From positions 576,001-640,000 of the forward strand of contig CBDBHB010000007.1 of NCBI GenBank assembly GCA_965205505.1: a DNA stretch of 64,000 nucleotides. Reading direction: 5' to 3'. The position numbers were made by a program, and so were the translations under genes. The stretch is from Acidobacteriota bacterium. Its GTDB lineage: Bacteria; Acidobacteriota; UBA890; WLXD01. Of this stretch, positions 22,051-32,794 are shown piece after piece; the first letter of the stretch is position 1, and each line of letters starts with the position of its first letter. The notes under the pieces are model-generated. The model worked only from the letters and a program-made list of their open reading frames with translations. It was not told where the DNA came from and searched no databases.

Positions 22051-23142
22051 GTGGGTGAGATACGCAAACGCGGCAACGTCTGGTGGATCCGGTACTACCG
22101 AAACGGCCGACGCCACGAGGAAAGCTCCGGCAGCAAGCGGAAAGGCGATGCGGAGAGGCTGCTGAGAATCCGAGAAGGCGACATCGCCAAGGGCTTGCCT
22201 GTTACCGCGCGGGTCGGGCAGCTTCGCTTCGATGAGGCCGCGGCCGACGTGGTCACCGACTACCGGGTCAACGGCAAGCGAACGCTGCGGGACGTCGAGC
22301 ACCGCGTCCGGCTACACCTCGAACCGTTCTTCGGCGGTCGCCGGATGGCAACGATCACGACGGCCGACGTTCGCGCGTACACTTCGCACCGCCAAGGCGA
22401 GGGCGCGGCCAACGCCACAGTCAATCGTGAGCTCGCGATCGTGAAGCGCGCGTTCCGGCTGGCGGTCCAGGCGCGCAAGCTGCTCCACATGCCGCACATT
22501 CCCATGCTGCGCGAGGCCACCGCCCGAACTGGTTTCTTCGAGCGAGACGAGTTTGAAGACGTTCGCGATGCCCTGCCCGAGCCACTTCGCGGCATAGTGA
22601 CGTTCGCCTACCTCACCGGATGGCGGGTGCCGTCGGAGGTCCTGCCGTTGCGCTGGGCACAGGTCGATCGTAACGCGTGCACCGTCCGCCTCGAACCCGG
22701 CACGACGAAGAACTCCGAGGGCCGCACCCTACCCTACGATTCACTGCCCGAGCTCGGCGCCGTCGTTGCGCGGCAGTGGCAGGAGCATGAGCGCCTAGCG
22801 GCTGCGGACGTCCTGTGCCCATTCGTGTTTCATCGTCGCGGGAAGCCGATCAAGGGATTTCGCAAGGCGTGGGCGACGGCTTGCGAAGCTGCCGGTTGTC
22901 CGGGCAGGCTGCCCCATGACTTTCGACGGACGGCGGTCAGAAACCTGGTTCGCGCCAGCGTGCCAGAGAAGGCGGCAATGGCAATCACCGGCCATAAGAC
23001 TCGCAGCATCTTCGATCGATACAACATCATCAACGAGGCTGATCTCAGGAGCGCACTCGGGAAGCTCCCCGCTCCGACGGGGACAGAAACGGGACAATCA
23101 GACCGTACAGGCCGTTTGGTGAACTTCTCTGATTCCTCCTAA
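22051..23142 (+). CDS. Tyrosine recombinase / phage-type integrase
   Basis: N-terminal arm-binding WWIRYY, TGWR, TKN, HDFRRT, TGHKT..FDRY catalytic set; ends 30 bp before the tRNA. Confidence 0.93.
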   Translation: MGEIRKRGNVWWIRYYRNGRRHEESSGSKRKGDAERLLRIREGDIAKGLPVTARVGQLRFDEAAADVVTDYRVNGKRTLRDVEHRVRLHLEPFFGGRRMATITTADVRAYTSHRQGEGAANATVNRELAIVKRAFRLAVQARKLLHMPHIPMLREATARTGFFERDEFEDVRDALPEPLRGIVTFAYLTGWRVPSEVLPLRWAQVDRNACTVRLEPGTTKNSEGRTLPYDSLPELGAVVARQWQEHERLAAADVLCPFVFHRRGKPIKGFRKAWATACEAAGCPGRLPHDFRRTAVRNLVRASVPEKAAMAITGHKTRSIFDRYNIINEADLRSALGKLPAPTGTETGQSDRTGRLVNFSDSS

Positions 23143-23172
23143 ACTTCTGATATATAGATATTTTTATCCTAC

Positions 23173-23246
23173 GCGCCCGTAGCTCAGATGGATAGAGCAG
23201 CGGACTTCTAATCCGCAGGTCGGAGGTTCGAATCCTCCCGGGCGCG
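23173..23246 (+). tRNA. tRNA-Arg (anticodon TCT)
   Basis: Acceptor GCGCCCG/CGGGCGC, D-arm GCTC/GAGC, anticodon arm GCGGA-CTTCTAA-TCCGC, T-arm GGAGG-TTCGAAT-CCTCC; CCA not encoded. Confidence 0.96.
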
Positions 23247-23668
23247 CCTTTGTTATCAACAACTTACGCCGATTGGCCGAGTCGCCGTAGCGGTAGACCT
23301 TGCCTATTCCGAGCCATTTCGCACGTCGCCTCAGACTGGTTCGGAGTCATCGAAAGACAGCGCCACATAGCTAAGGTCAACGTGCAGCAGGTCGCCGGGA
23401 GAAGGACGGTGTCCGGGCAATCCGCAGGTCTCTGGATCGATGACGCGTCGGCCCGAAGGCGATCTGCGCCGTTCGCGCGCCCTAACGCGTGGGGAAGGTA
23501 CGTTACGCGCAAGGTGGCCCTCTAACGACGCTGCGAATCAGTTCCAGCGATCCGGATACGGCAATTGACGGGTTTGAGGCCACCAGTGGCCAACCGCCCG
23601 AAGTCTTGGCCGCCTCCCCGGGAGCCGACCCCGAGCGACCGGCGCCGTCACGACACACTTCGGACGCC

Positions 23669-25177
23669 TTAATCCCCAGCCGTGACGATCTCCTTCATGT
23701 ACCGACTGATGAAACCGGTGGGGCCGCCCTCGTGGGATGAGTAGCGGCCGGCCGTGTAGGCACCCGACTCGATGCCGGCGTGGTTGTTGTCGGTGATCCA
23801 GATATCCTCCTGGATCGTGACGTGCCAGAGCGCCTTGACGTTGTCGGGATCGAAGTCGATGCCCTCGCGAGCATCCGGGTGCACGAGCCAGACAATCTCG
23901 CAGTCGGTGAACTTCTCCGTCCGCGGCGTGAACCGCGCCACGGCAACGTGGTCGTCGTAGCACTGCCAGTAGCCGGTCGACTCGGCCGTCGTGACCACGT
24001 TGGTCTCGTGGTTCCAGCCATCGATGTTGGGCAACAGGATCGACGTTGCCTTGCCGTCGATCGAGCCGGTCACGAAGCCGGGATTGAGCATCCCGCCGAA
24101 GCTGTATTCCGGCTCATCGTCTCCCATGCCCTGGCTGCCCATGCCCGCGGCGGGACGTCGGTCGCGCCATGCCTTCTCCGGAACCCACGCCGCGACCGCC
24201 GCGGCACGCTCCTTGCGTTGCTCTGCGGTGACCTCGTTGCTCCAGTTGTGGGTGGTCACCAGCGGCGTGTGGGCCGGCCCGCAGTGGTAGCACTCCTTGA
24301 AGTTCTCCAGCGCCAGCTTCCAGTTGGCGTTGATCGGGTAGTACTCGCGTGCCCCGACCTTCAGATCGGCGAGGCTGTACTTATCGGCGATACCGCGCAG
24401 GCGACTCACGGCGGCGTCGAAATCCGGCGGCGTATCGGATTTCGACAGGTTTACGAACACCTGCCCGGCCGCCACCCGCGTGTGGCACGGAAGCAGGCCG
24501 TTGTCGGCCGGGTCGAAATCATCCTGCATGCCATAGGCATAGATGAGGCTGCCCTCGGTGTCATAGGTCCACGCGTGGTACGGACACCGGAACACCGGAG
24601 AGTTGCCCGTCTGGCCAAGCTGCTTGACCGACAGACGCGGGTCCGAGGGAATCGAATCCGCATCGTGGCGACACAGACGCGAGCCGCGGTGGCGACAAAC
24701 GTTGTAGTAGCCGCGGATCTCGTTGTCCTGGCCGCGCACGATCAGGATCGACTCGGCGCGGCCGAACTCAAAAACGTAGAAGTCGCCGGGGTTGGGAATC
24801 CGGCTCGCCTGGTCGGTGTATTGCCAGAAGTTCTCCGCCACGAACGCCTCGTCGGCGTCGAAGTGCTTCGCCTCCACGTAGTACTCGGCGGGTATCGTCG
24901 TGCCTTCCTTCCAGCCGTTGACGCTCTCCCGCGTCGGCAGCGGACCCTTCAAGAGGGGCGCGCCAGTGCCACCGTAGCCGAGGCCATCGTTGGGCAGCTC
25001 GACGCGCTTCGCACGACCGTACGTTGCGTTCGTCGCCGCGGCCTCCGAAGGGGAGCCGAGCAAGGTCTTCGGCAACGTTACGGCAGCTGTACCCGCGGCG
25101 ACCGAGGTCTTGGCGAAGGTGCGCCGGCTTAGCTTGGTCTCCGCACGATCCGCTCCACCTTTGTCTTGGTTGCTCAT
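23669..25177 (-). CDS. Rieske non-heme iron oxygenase alpha subunit with Tat-like leader
   Basis: CRHRG..CPYHAW Rieske motif, ENFKECYHCGPAH and QED iron ligands; SRRTFAK leader. Confidence 0.9.
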   Translation of the reverse strand: MSNQDKGGADRAETKLSRRTFAKTSVAAGTAAVTLPKTLLGSPSEAAATNATYGRAKRVELPNDGLGYGGTGAPLLKGPLPTRESVNGWKEGTTIPAEYYVEAKHFDADEAFVAENFWQYTDQASRIPNPGDFYVFEFGRAESILIVRGQDNEIRGYYNVCRHRGSRLCRHDADSIPSDPRLSVKQLGQTGNSPVFRCPYHAWTYDTEGSLIYAYGMQDDFDPADNGLLPCHTRVAAGQVFVNLSKSDTPPDFDAAVSRLRGIADKYSLADLKVGAREYYPINANWKLALENFKECYHCGPAHTPLVTTHNWSNEVTAEQRKERAAAVAAWVPEKAWRDRRPAAGMGSQGMGDDEPEYSFGGMLNPGFVTGSIDGKATSILLPNIDGWNHETNVVTTAESTGYWQCYDDHVAVARFTPRTEKFTDCEIVWLVHPDAREGIDFDPDNVKALWHVTIQEDIWITDNNHAGIESGAYTAGRYSSHEGGPTGFISRYMKEIVTAGD

Positions 25178-25500
25178 GCCGCCCTCCATCCGTCGAGCCT
25201 GGGACTGGTGTTCCTTCCACTAGACAGCATGGGCATATCACAACCCCGGCGGGGGTTACAACGGAGAGGGAATGGGAAGATTGTAAAGATTTGTCGAGAA
25301 ACCTCTTGGGGCTATTTTCCCTACGGATAGCGGGTCTAGTTTGCCTAAGATAGGGCGAGCCTAACGAGCGCCCCTTGCTCCACCCCAGGCCTCCGTGAGT
25401 GCGGAGGCCGGTTTAGTCCTCGGTAACGGCAGCTACCACTCGAGCGGAACCGCCTCAGACGTCTACGCGGCGACTGACAGCACCCCTGGAACACCTGGTC

Positions 25501-28348
25501 GTGCATAAGCCCAAGTCTGTTCTAATCCTCTGCGTCGCGTTGGTGGTGGGTGCGGGTCCCCGGCAGCAAACCTCGAGCCCGTCCGACGATGGCTCCGCAC
25601 AACGCAAGCGTCAGGCCGAATCCGCCCAGGGAGAATCTGCCGCAAGGGAATCCGAGCGGGCAGAGTCTGTCAGGCCAAGACTCGCCAAGCTCGAGTCGGG
25701 CACGAGGGACTCCGCCAAGACCGAGGGCCGGCAGGTACAGCAGCCGGTCGGGCCGCGCACGATTCTGGTACGCATGGTCACTCCGAGCAGGCGAATCAGC
25801 CTGCCCGGCGCACCGTTGGCAGGGAGCGGAAGTCCGACGTCGTTGTCGGCGCTCACCGTGCCCACGCAGACACCGAGAAGGTATATCCCGGTGCGGATGG
25901 TGACACCGGGCGAGTTGAACGCGCCCGTTCGTGTCACCGGCGCTCCGCTAATCGATCCCGGTGGCGTGCCGTCACCGGCACCCGTCGACCTCAGCGTGCC
26001 AGCACCGTTGGTTGCGGGCAATGCCACGACCGTGCGACCGAGCGCCCCCGGCAACGTCTTGGTACAGCCGATCAATCCGGGCGAGGCTGTCGTACAGCCG
26101 ATCAGACCGAGGGGTCCGGCCGCTGTCGCCCCCGCGCCGCCGATCGGTGCGGGAGGCAACGCCTTCGGCCCGACGCCTGCCGCCCCCGAGCCAGCGTTCG
26201 GGGCCACGCGACCACGATCGGCGCGCGCACCCGGTGTGACTCCAGGCATGGCAGTCACACGCGTCGTCGAGACTCCGGTGATGGACGGCATCGTCGATGA
26301 TGCCAGCTGGGCCCTGGCAGATGTAGCCACCGACTTCCTTCAGCGCGAGCCACAGGAAGGACAGCCGGCCTCGGAGCGGACGGAGGTGCGTGTTCTGTAC
26401 GACGACGAGAACCTGTATGTCGGCGTGATCGCCTACGACAGCAACCCGAGCGCCATCCTCGCCACGGAGTTACGACGCGATGCGCTGGGCGGCAGAGGAT
26501 GGTGGTGGTGGTGGCTCGGACGATACCTTCAGCCTCCTGCTCGATACCTTCCACGATGGTCGCAGCGCGTTCCTGTTCACGGTGAACGCGCTGGGCGCCC
26601 GCTACGACGCCACCATCCGCAACGAGCGCCAGATCAACTCCGACTGGGACGAGGCCTGGGAGGCGGCGGCGCAGATCACCGCGCGCGGCTGGGAGGCCGA
26701 GATGGTCATCCCGCTGGCGATCCTGCGCTTCTCCTCCGGCGCAGCCAACTGGGGCGTCGACTTCGAGCGCCAGATCCGCCATAAGAACGAGCAAGTGGCG
26801 TGGAGCAACTACCGACGCGATTTTCGATTCATCAGCGTGTCGCAGGCGGGTGACCTGCGTGGCTTCGAGAACCTCTCGGTGACCCAGCGGTTCCGGCTCA
26901 GGCCGTACTTTCTGGGCGGCGCTACCTCGCTGTTCGAGGATCCAGGACGCACGAACGACGTCACCAACCAGTTCGGCATCGACGATCTCAAGATCCAGCT
27001 GACGTCAAACCTCACCGCCGATCTGACCTACAATACCGACTTCGCCCACGTCGAGTTCGATCAACAACGGGTGAACCTGACGCGCTTCTCGCTCTTTTTC
27101 CCCGAGAAGCGCGACTTCTTCCTCGAGGGGGCCAACAACTTCAGCTTCGGCCCTCAAGGCGGTGGCGGCGGCGGTTTCGGAGCGCCCGTGTTGCGCCTCT
27201 TCCACTCGCGCAACATCGGCTTGTCGGAGCTTGGTGAGCCGACACCGATCAACTTTGGCGCCAAGATGACGGGCAAGCTCGGCAGCGGCAACATCGGCTT
27301 TCTCAACCTCCAGACGGGCGACTCGGAGTTCGGCGGAGGGCGCAACTATACGGCGTTGCGCTGGCGTCAGGATGTGCTGGCCCGATCGAGCGTCGGCGCG
27401 CTGATCACCAACGTCGAAGGGCCCGACGGCGCTACCAACACGGTTGTCGGAGCCGACGCCAACTTCACCTTCTTCGACAACCTCAACATCTCGGCGTTCG
27501 GGGCGCGAGCTACCGACGATGACCTCGAGGAAGGCAAGTTTGCAGGCCAGTTTCGCGCCGGGTGGCAAAGCGACCTGTGGAGCGCAAGCTTCGACATCCT
27601 GCGCATCGACCCGGGCTTCCAGAGCGACCTGGGCTTCGTCCTTCGGGAGGACATCGTTCGTCGAGCATACCGGGCGTCATGGAACCCGCGACCCAGCGTT
27701 CCATGGATGCGGTCGGTGAACTTCGACGTCAACTTCACGACCTTCCACGACACCACCGGAGTGCTCGTCAGCCGCCAGTCGTGGGTCGGCCCATCCCTGA
27801 ACTTCGAGTCGGGAGACTCGATCGCCGCCTACTACACGAACGAGTTCGAGCGGCTGGACTTCCCCTTCCAGATCCACCCGGACGTCGCGATCCCGCCCGG
27901 CGACTACAGCTTCGACAGCCTGTACATGTGGCTGTCCACTTTCGGCGGTCGCCGGGTCAGCATTGGCGGCCAGGCCAGCATCGGGGAATTCTACGACGGC
28001 ACGATCGTATCGCTGTCACCGCGGCTGACGTTCCGGCTCAGCGAGAAGCTTCTCGTTTCCCCAGCCTTCAGCTACAACAAGATCGACCTGCCCGGGGGTA
28101 GCTTCACGACCAACGTGCTCAACGCACGCGTCAACTACAGCTTCTCGGATCGATGGCTCACCGACGCGCTGGTGCAGCACAACAGCCTGTCGGACGGGCT
28201 CTCCGTGTTTGCACGTCTGCGCTACATCTACCGCATCGGCGACGACATCTATCTTGTCTACCGTCAGACGGGCGAATACGACGGCTTCCGCTTCGGCCGC
28301 CACGACCGCTCTCTCACCTTGAAGGTCACACGCTCGTTCAACTGGTAG
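25501..28348 (+). pseudogene. CBM9-like/DUF5916 outer-membrane protein with Pro-rich N-terminus, frameshifted near 26500
   Basis: DGIVDDASW..FLQREPQEGQPASERTEVRVLYD in one frame, continuing DDTFSLLLDTFHD..FFPEKRDFFLEG in another; may be a sequencing error. Confidence 0.75.
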
Positions 28349-28351
28349 GCC

Positions 28352-28445
28352 GGCACTATCAAGTTACGAACGCAGCGCTCAGATCAGGGCCAGCTGTGGC
28401 TGGAGCCGAGTTGCCTCAGCTGGTGACTACCTCGGCTTCCGGAAG
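28352..28445 (-). mobile_element. IS6-family right-end remnant
   Basis: IR ggcactatcaagtt followed by EVVTS* transposase tail; 19/20 match to 31962-31981. Confidence 0.55.
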
Positions 28446-28565
28446 AGCCGCTTGGCAGCATTGGCATTACAACGTCGCTGGACCAAGTTGTCGATCACGT
28501 CGCCGTCTTGAGAAGGTTCACCCGGCACGTTCTGCCATTGATCACACCGGGAACTTGAAGGCGCG

Positions 28566-28922
28566 TCACTCGATCCAGAGATCACGGTCGATGTCTTTCC
28601 ACACCTCCACACGCATGTCGGAGTGGTCGAAAACCTCTTGGTAGTAGGGGTCGTTCTCCTTGTACTCGGCGTACGGCCCCTGGTAGTCGCCGCGGCGAGC
28701 CTTGTATGCCTCGAACGCAGCGAGGCTTTCGTACTCCCACACCACGAAGTGACGGCCGGAAGACTCACCGGCTATCTCCTTGACGAAGTAGCGCACGCTC
28801 TTCCACTCTCTGAACAGCTCACGGTGCTCGTTGACCCAACGCAGCCACCGCCGCATGGCATCGTCGTGCTCCTCTTGCTTGCCTTCCGCCACCTTCCAGC
28901 TCTCGACCTCGAACACGGCCAT
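28566..28922 (-). CDS. Small alpha/beta-barrel (NIPSNAP-like) hypothetical protein
   Basis: Good RBS (gaggcg atg), VVWEYESLAAFE motif, natural composition. Confidence 0.65.
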   Translation of the reverse strand: MAVFEVESWKVAEGKQEEHDDAMRRWLRWVNEHRELFREWKSVRYFVKEIAGESSGRHFVVWEYESLAAFEAYKARRGDYQGPYAEYKENDPYYQEVFDHSDMRVEVWKDIDRDLWIE

Positions 28923-28927
28923 CGCCT

Positions 28928-29239
28928 CTAGCCTCCGTCGCCGAGCTCGGGGCCGTGACGGTCCAGGATTGCGAGCAGGCGTCGACGGCGATCCTCCGCA
29001 AGCGGTTCGACGGCTGGCAAGCTGCCGGCAGTTACGATGTCCCGATTACTGCTGAGGATCGGCAGTACGATGGCCATGGCCCCGGCTCCAGACGTGAGTA
29101 GCCGTCGGCGTGACCAACCTCTGCCGTGAGCCGAGCGATCCGATGCATGGCACCGCGAATCGCCGTCCACGCTGTTGCCATGCGAGCGTACTCCCGCTAT
29201 CGACGCTGTGCCGCGCCTTCCGTTAGCTCCATCCCTCAT
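28928..29239 (-). CDS. Small hypothetical protein
   Basis: Ends 5 bp before the next gene; WSRRRLL followed by a hydrophobic stretch; start uncertain. Confidence 0.4.
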   Translation of the reverse strand: MRDGANGRRGTASIAGVRSHGNSVDGDSRCHASDRSAHGRGWSRRRLLTSGAGAMAIVLPILSSNRDIVTAGSLPAVEPLAEDRRRRLLAILDRHGPELGDGG

Positions 29240-29354
29240 ACGTCGCCCTCGCTCTCCGTCAGCGTGAAGAGGAAGCCTTCAACTATCGGCCGCGAGCTCC
29301 GGTGCTGACGGTCAAACGTCGTCCTCGCCGTCTGGCGCTGGAGTTCCTCGGCAC

Positions 29355-29395
29355 CGGTCGGACTGTGCCAGGCTACCGGTCAACTTGACAGTATC
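29355..29395 (-). mobile_element. IS6-family left-end remnant
   Basis: tgccaggctaccggtcaacttgacagtatc resembles 32612-32641, which precedes an IS6 transposase start. Confidence 0.55.
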
Positions 29396-29397
29396 GG

Positions 29398-31811
29398 CTA
29401 CTGGCGCCTTAGAGTCGTCACGGGATCGACACGGGAGGCGCGGCGAGCCGGCGCTCCCGCGGCCACCAGACCCACGCCGATCAGCGTCGCTGCGACTACG
29501 AGGATTGTTGCCGGGTCGGTCGGGCTGACGCCGTAGATGAGTCCCGCTACCAGTCGCCCGGCACCTAGCGCGCCCAGAACTCCCACACCGATCCCGATCA
29601 TCACGAATGCCATCGACTGCACCACCACCAACCTCGCGGTTGAGGCGGCATCGGCACCCAGCGCCATGCGGATTCCAATCTCCGCCCGGCGCTGAACGAC
29701 AGAGTAGGAGATCACGCCGTAGATACCGACGGCTGCCAGGATCAATGCGCAGGTGGCCAGCGCTCCCAGCAACAGCATGTTGAAGCGCGGCTGTGCCAGA
29801 GACTCCCCCACCAGGTCCCTGAGCGCAGCAGCGCGGCGGATCGGCAGGCGCGGATCCAGCTCGCGAACCTGCTGCCCAACTGCGGCGATCACCTGCGCGG
29901 CTGCGCCGGAGCTCCGTACCACGAGGTACATGTCCCGGCGCGCGAATTGCTGGTAGGACGCAAACATCTCTGGCCGCGGCTCCGAGCCGAGGCCGCGGTG
30001 GCGAACATCGCCTACAACCCCGACGATCTCGATGCTACCCGCCATTGGCACTCCGAGGAACTGGCCGATCGGGTCGATCCCGGGAAAGTGGGTCCGAGCC
30101 ATCGTCTCGTTGAACACCATGACCGGGCGAGACTCTTCCCGATCGACCGCATCGATGAGCCTGCCGCGCTTGAGCGGGATTCCCAGAGCCTCGAAGTAGC
30201 CAGGAATCACGGCGCGGTACTCGGACCGTGGCCGGTCCGTCTGTGGCAAGACCGGCGCTCCTTCTATCTGAAAGGGAAGATCGAAGTCCATGCCCACGGT
30301 GCTCATTGGCAGCGCCGACACTGCACCGGCCGCTTGCACGCCGGGCAACCCCGCCACCCGGTCCACCAGCTCATGGTAGAGCTGCACTTGGCTTCCCCGG
30401 TCTCGATACAGGAGTTCCGGCAGTGACAGCCCCACCGAGACAACGTTGTCGATTCGGAACCCCGGGTCAACGTCGTTGAGGTTGCGGTAGCTGCGAATCA
30501 GCAGTCCTGCCGCGACCAACAGCACAAGCGCCAGTGCGACCTCTGCGCTCACCATCAGGTTCAGCAGGCGCCGTGCGCCGCGCCCTCCGGAGTGCCCTCG
30601 CCCTCCCTCCTGCAGCACATCGACCAACGCCGGACGCATGGCCCGCACGCCAGGTATCAGCCCTACGAGCAGCCCTGAGCCGATGGAGGCAAGCGCACTG
30701 AACACCAGCACGTTGAGGTCGATCCCCACCTCCCGCAGCCGCGGCAGCTCGGCTGGCATCGAGGCCCGCAAGGAATCCATACTCCAGGCCACCAGCACCA
30801 ATCCCGCAACGCCACCGACGAGCGCGAGCACCAGGCCGTCGGCCAGCGAGCGGCGCAACAGCGCTCCCTTCCCGGCGCCCAGCGCCGCACGAATAGCGAG
30901 CTCGCGTCGCTGATCGATCGAGCGGGCCAGCATCAGGCTGGCGACATTCACACAGGCGATCATCAGCACGAGCGCGGCCGCGCCGCCTAGCACCGTCAGC
31001 GTGGACGTCATGTTGCCCACCAGCTGCTCTTGTGCCGATACGCTGCGCGCGCCCCAGCCGCGGTTCGTGTCGGGAAAGCGAGAGGCGATTTCCGCGGCGA
31101 TCGCGTCGAGATCCTGTGTCGCCTGCTCGGGCGTGACGCCCGCCGCCAGCCGACCGACGACATTATAAACTCGCATGCCACGTACGTTGATCAATCGTGG
31201 CGGTATCGTCAGGGGCGTCCACGCTTCGACTTCTTCCTCATCCGGCGGGAACTCGAACCCTCGGGGCATCACGCCCACGACGGAATAACCCTCGCCATCG
31301 AGACGTATGGTCTGCTCGACGATTCTCGGATCCGAGCTGAAGTGGCGAGCCCAAAGACGATGACTCAGGAGGATCCTCCGCTCGCTTCCCTCCTGCTCGT
31401 CGTCAACGCCGAATAGGCGCCCGGCCACCGGTGTTGCACCGAGCACCGCGAACAACTCAGGCGTCACCTGAAGCGTTGTGATGTGCTCCGGCTCTTCCAG
31501 CTCGGTAAGCACGTGACCGCCGTAGCGATAGGCAGCCATCGTCTGGAAGCTGCGAGAACCCTGTCGCCAATCGACGAAGGTCCCTGCCGAGGCCTGGTCC
31601 TGATCGATGCCAATTTCCGGGTTGCTCTCCCAGACCGTCCTCACGCGATCGGGCTCGGGATACGGAAGTGGCCGCAGCAGTACCGCGTTCAGCACGCTGA
31701 ACAGCGCCGTGTTGACCCCGATTCCCAACGCCAGGGTCGCGACAACGATCAGACTCGGCCCCGGTCACTGCTGGCGAGCGATCTCAGGGCAACCTGTATG
31801 TCACGGAGCAT
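29398..31811 (-). CDS. ADOP-type duplicated ABC permease (MacB/FtsX), frameshift near the N-terminus (~31770)
   Basis: [54 protein letters not shown] and [10 protein letters not shown] motifs. Confidence 0.88.
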
Positions 31812-32208
31812 TATTAGGTTCCTCCGAGCGTCAAACTCGCGTGTAACGCGAGCATGCGGCGTGGCAATGCGAATCCTAAGGTGCTCGACACTTACACTCT
31901 AGAGTACCCGGCGGTAGGCATGGTTGGGCACAACTTCGCTGTCGCGAGACTCGGACCGTCTCTCAGCTGGTTACTACCTCGCCTCAGGTCCGACAGGCGC
32001 GAGTCCGAAGCACCCGGTAGTTCACGGATCGTAGTCGATGCCGGCTCAGGTTGAAGAGACTTCGGACAGCGCCGTGCATCGATAAGAACCGCTGCGCCGG
32101 AGCAGCCGACGAAGTTCTCTCCTCTGCCCTTTTAGCGACTCATCCAGGAATCAGGTGCCCGGACCTCCGAGTCGACCCTGCCGATTTCCTGCCTATCCGA
32201 TCGTTGTA

Positions 32209-32343
32209 CGACCTTGCCCCGCTTTCCCGGACACTTAGTTAAGACCCATTGTCGTAGTCGTAGTAGCGGCTGTGGGAGCTGTTGGCAACGCGGAGCGTTG
32301 TCCAAGCGACGGTGGGAATCGGGAATCGATTTCCACGGGCGCG
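32209..32343 (-). mobile_element. Solo right end of the IS3 at 58596-59968
   Basis: Near-identical reverse complement of about 59834-59968. Confidence 0.85.
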
Positions 32344-32416
32344 CCTTTGTTATCAAGGACTTACGAGGATTCCGGGGTATCGAATCGTCCCTGAACAACG
32401 CTCGTTACACGGTCGG
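32336..32416 (+). repeat. att-like remnant: tRNA-Arg 3' end, IHF-consensus site and arm-like motif
   Basis: 32336-32365 matches 23239-23268 at 28/30; 32401-32416 is identical to 60928-60943 beside an integrase tail. Confidence 0.65.
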
Positions 32417-32513
32417 CACGACGATGAAGGCCATCTTCAAACGCTTTGGGGCGTCCGTTCTGCTCGGCACCCGTTCACCCTCGATCGTGATGATGTCGTC
32501 GACGTTGAGGTCC
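32417..32513 (-). pseudogene. Fragment of the secreted protein family at 56700-60067
   Basis: DLNVDDIITIEGERVPSRTDAPKRLKMAFIVV matches DLSIDDIIAIEGERVPSSKDAPKRFKMAFIVV. Confidence 0.8.
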
Positions 32514-32794
32514 GGCCGAAGCGACGAGACAGCCACACGGCGTGGCTGATGATCTCGGGAGGGAACCGGTGTCGACGGTCGCTTTGCGGGACGGTGTTCA
32601 TCGCCGAACTCTGCCAGCCTGCCGGTTAACTTGACAGTACCCCTGAAAGTAAGACAAAAGACATTTGGGCCGGATTTTCCAGATAGCGTGGCTCAGTCAC
32701 GGTCCTCGGGTTGGTCAACGTCTCAGGCCCAGGGGCGCTGTCTCTATGACGATGCGCGTCGCGGCTACTTACCTACCGTCTAGTCCGTCGCAGC

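Larger units (their letters stand above)
31963..32641 (-). mobile_element. Decayed IS6 shell: left IR and transposase N-terminus (32540-32641) plus C-terminus (31963-32105), interior replaced
   Basis: MNTVPQSDRRHRFPPEIISHA and AQRFLSMHGAVRSLFNLSRH..EVVTS* are IS6 transposase termini; IR ggtactgtcaagtt. Confidence 0.7.

Noticed and set aside
26495-26515. GGT repeat as a phase-variation switch for the DUF5916 gene
   Set aside because: A 3-bp unit cannot shift the frame; a single extra base or sequencing error is simpler.
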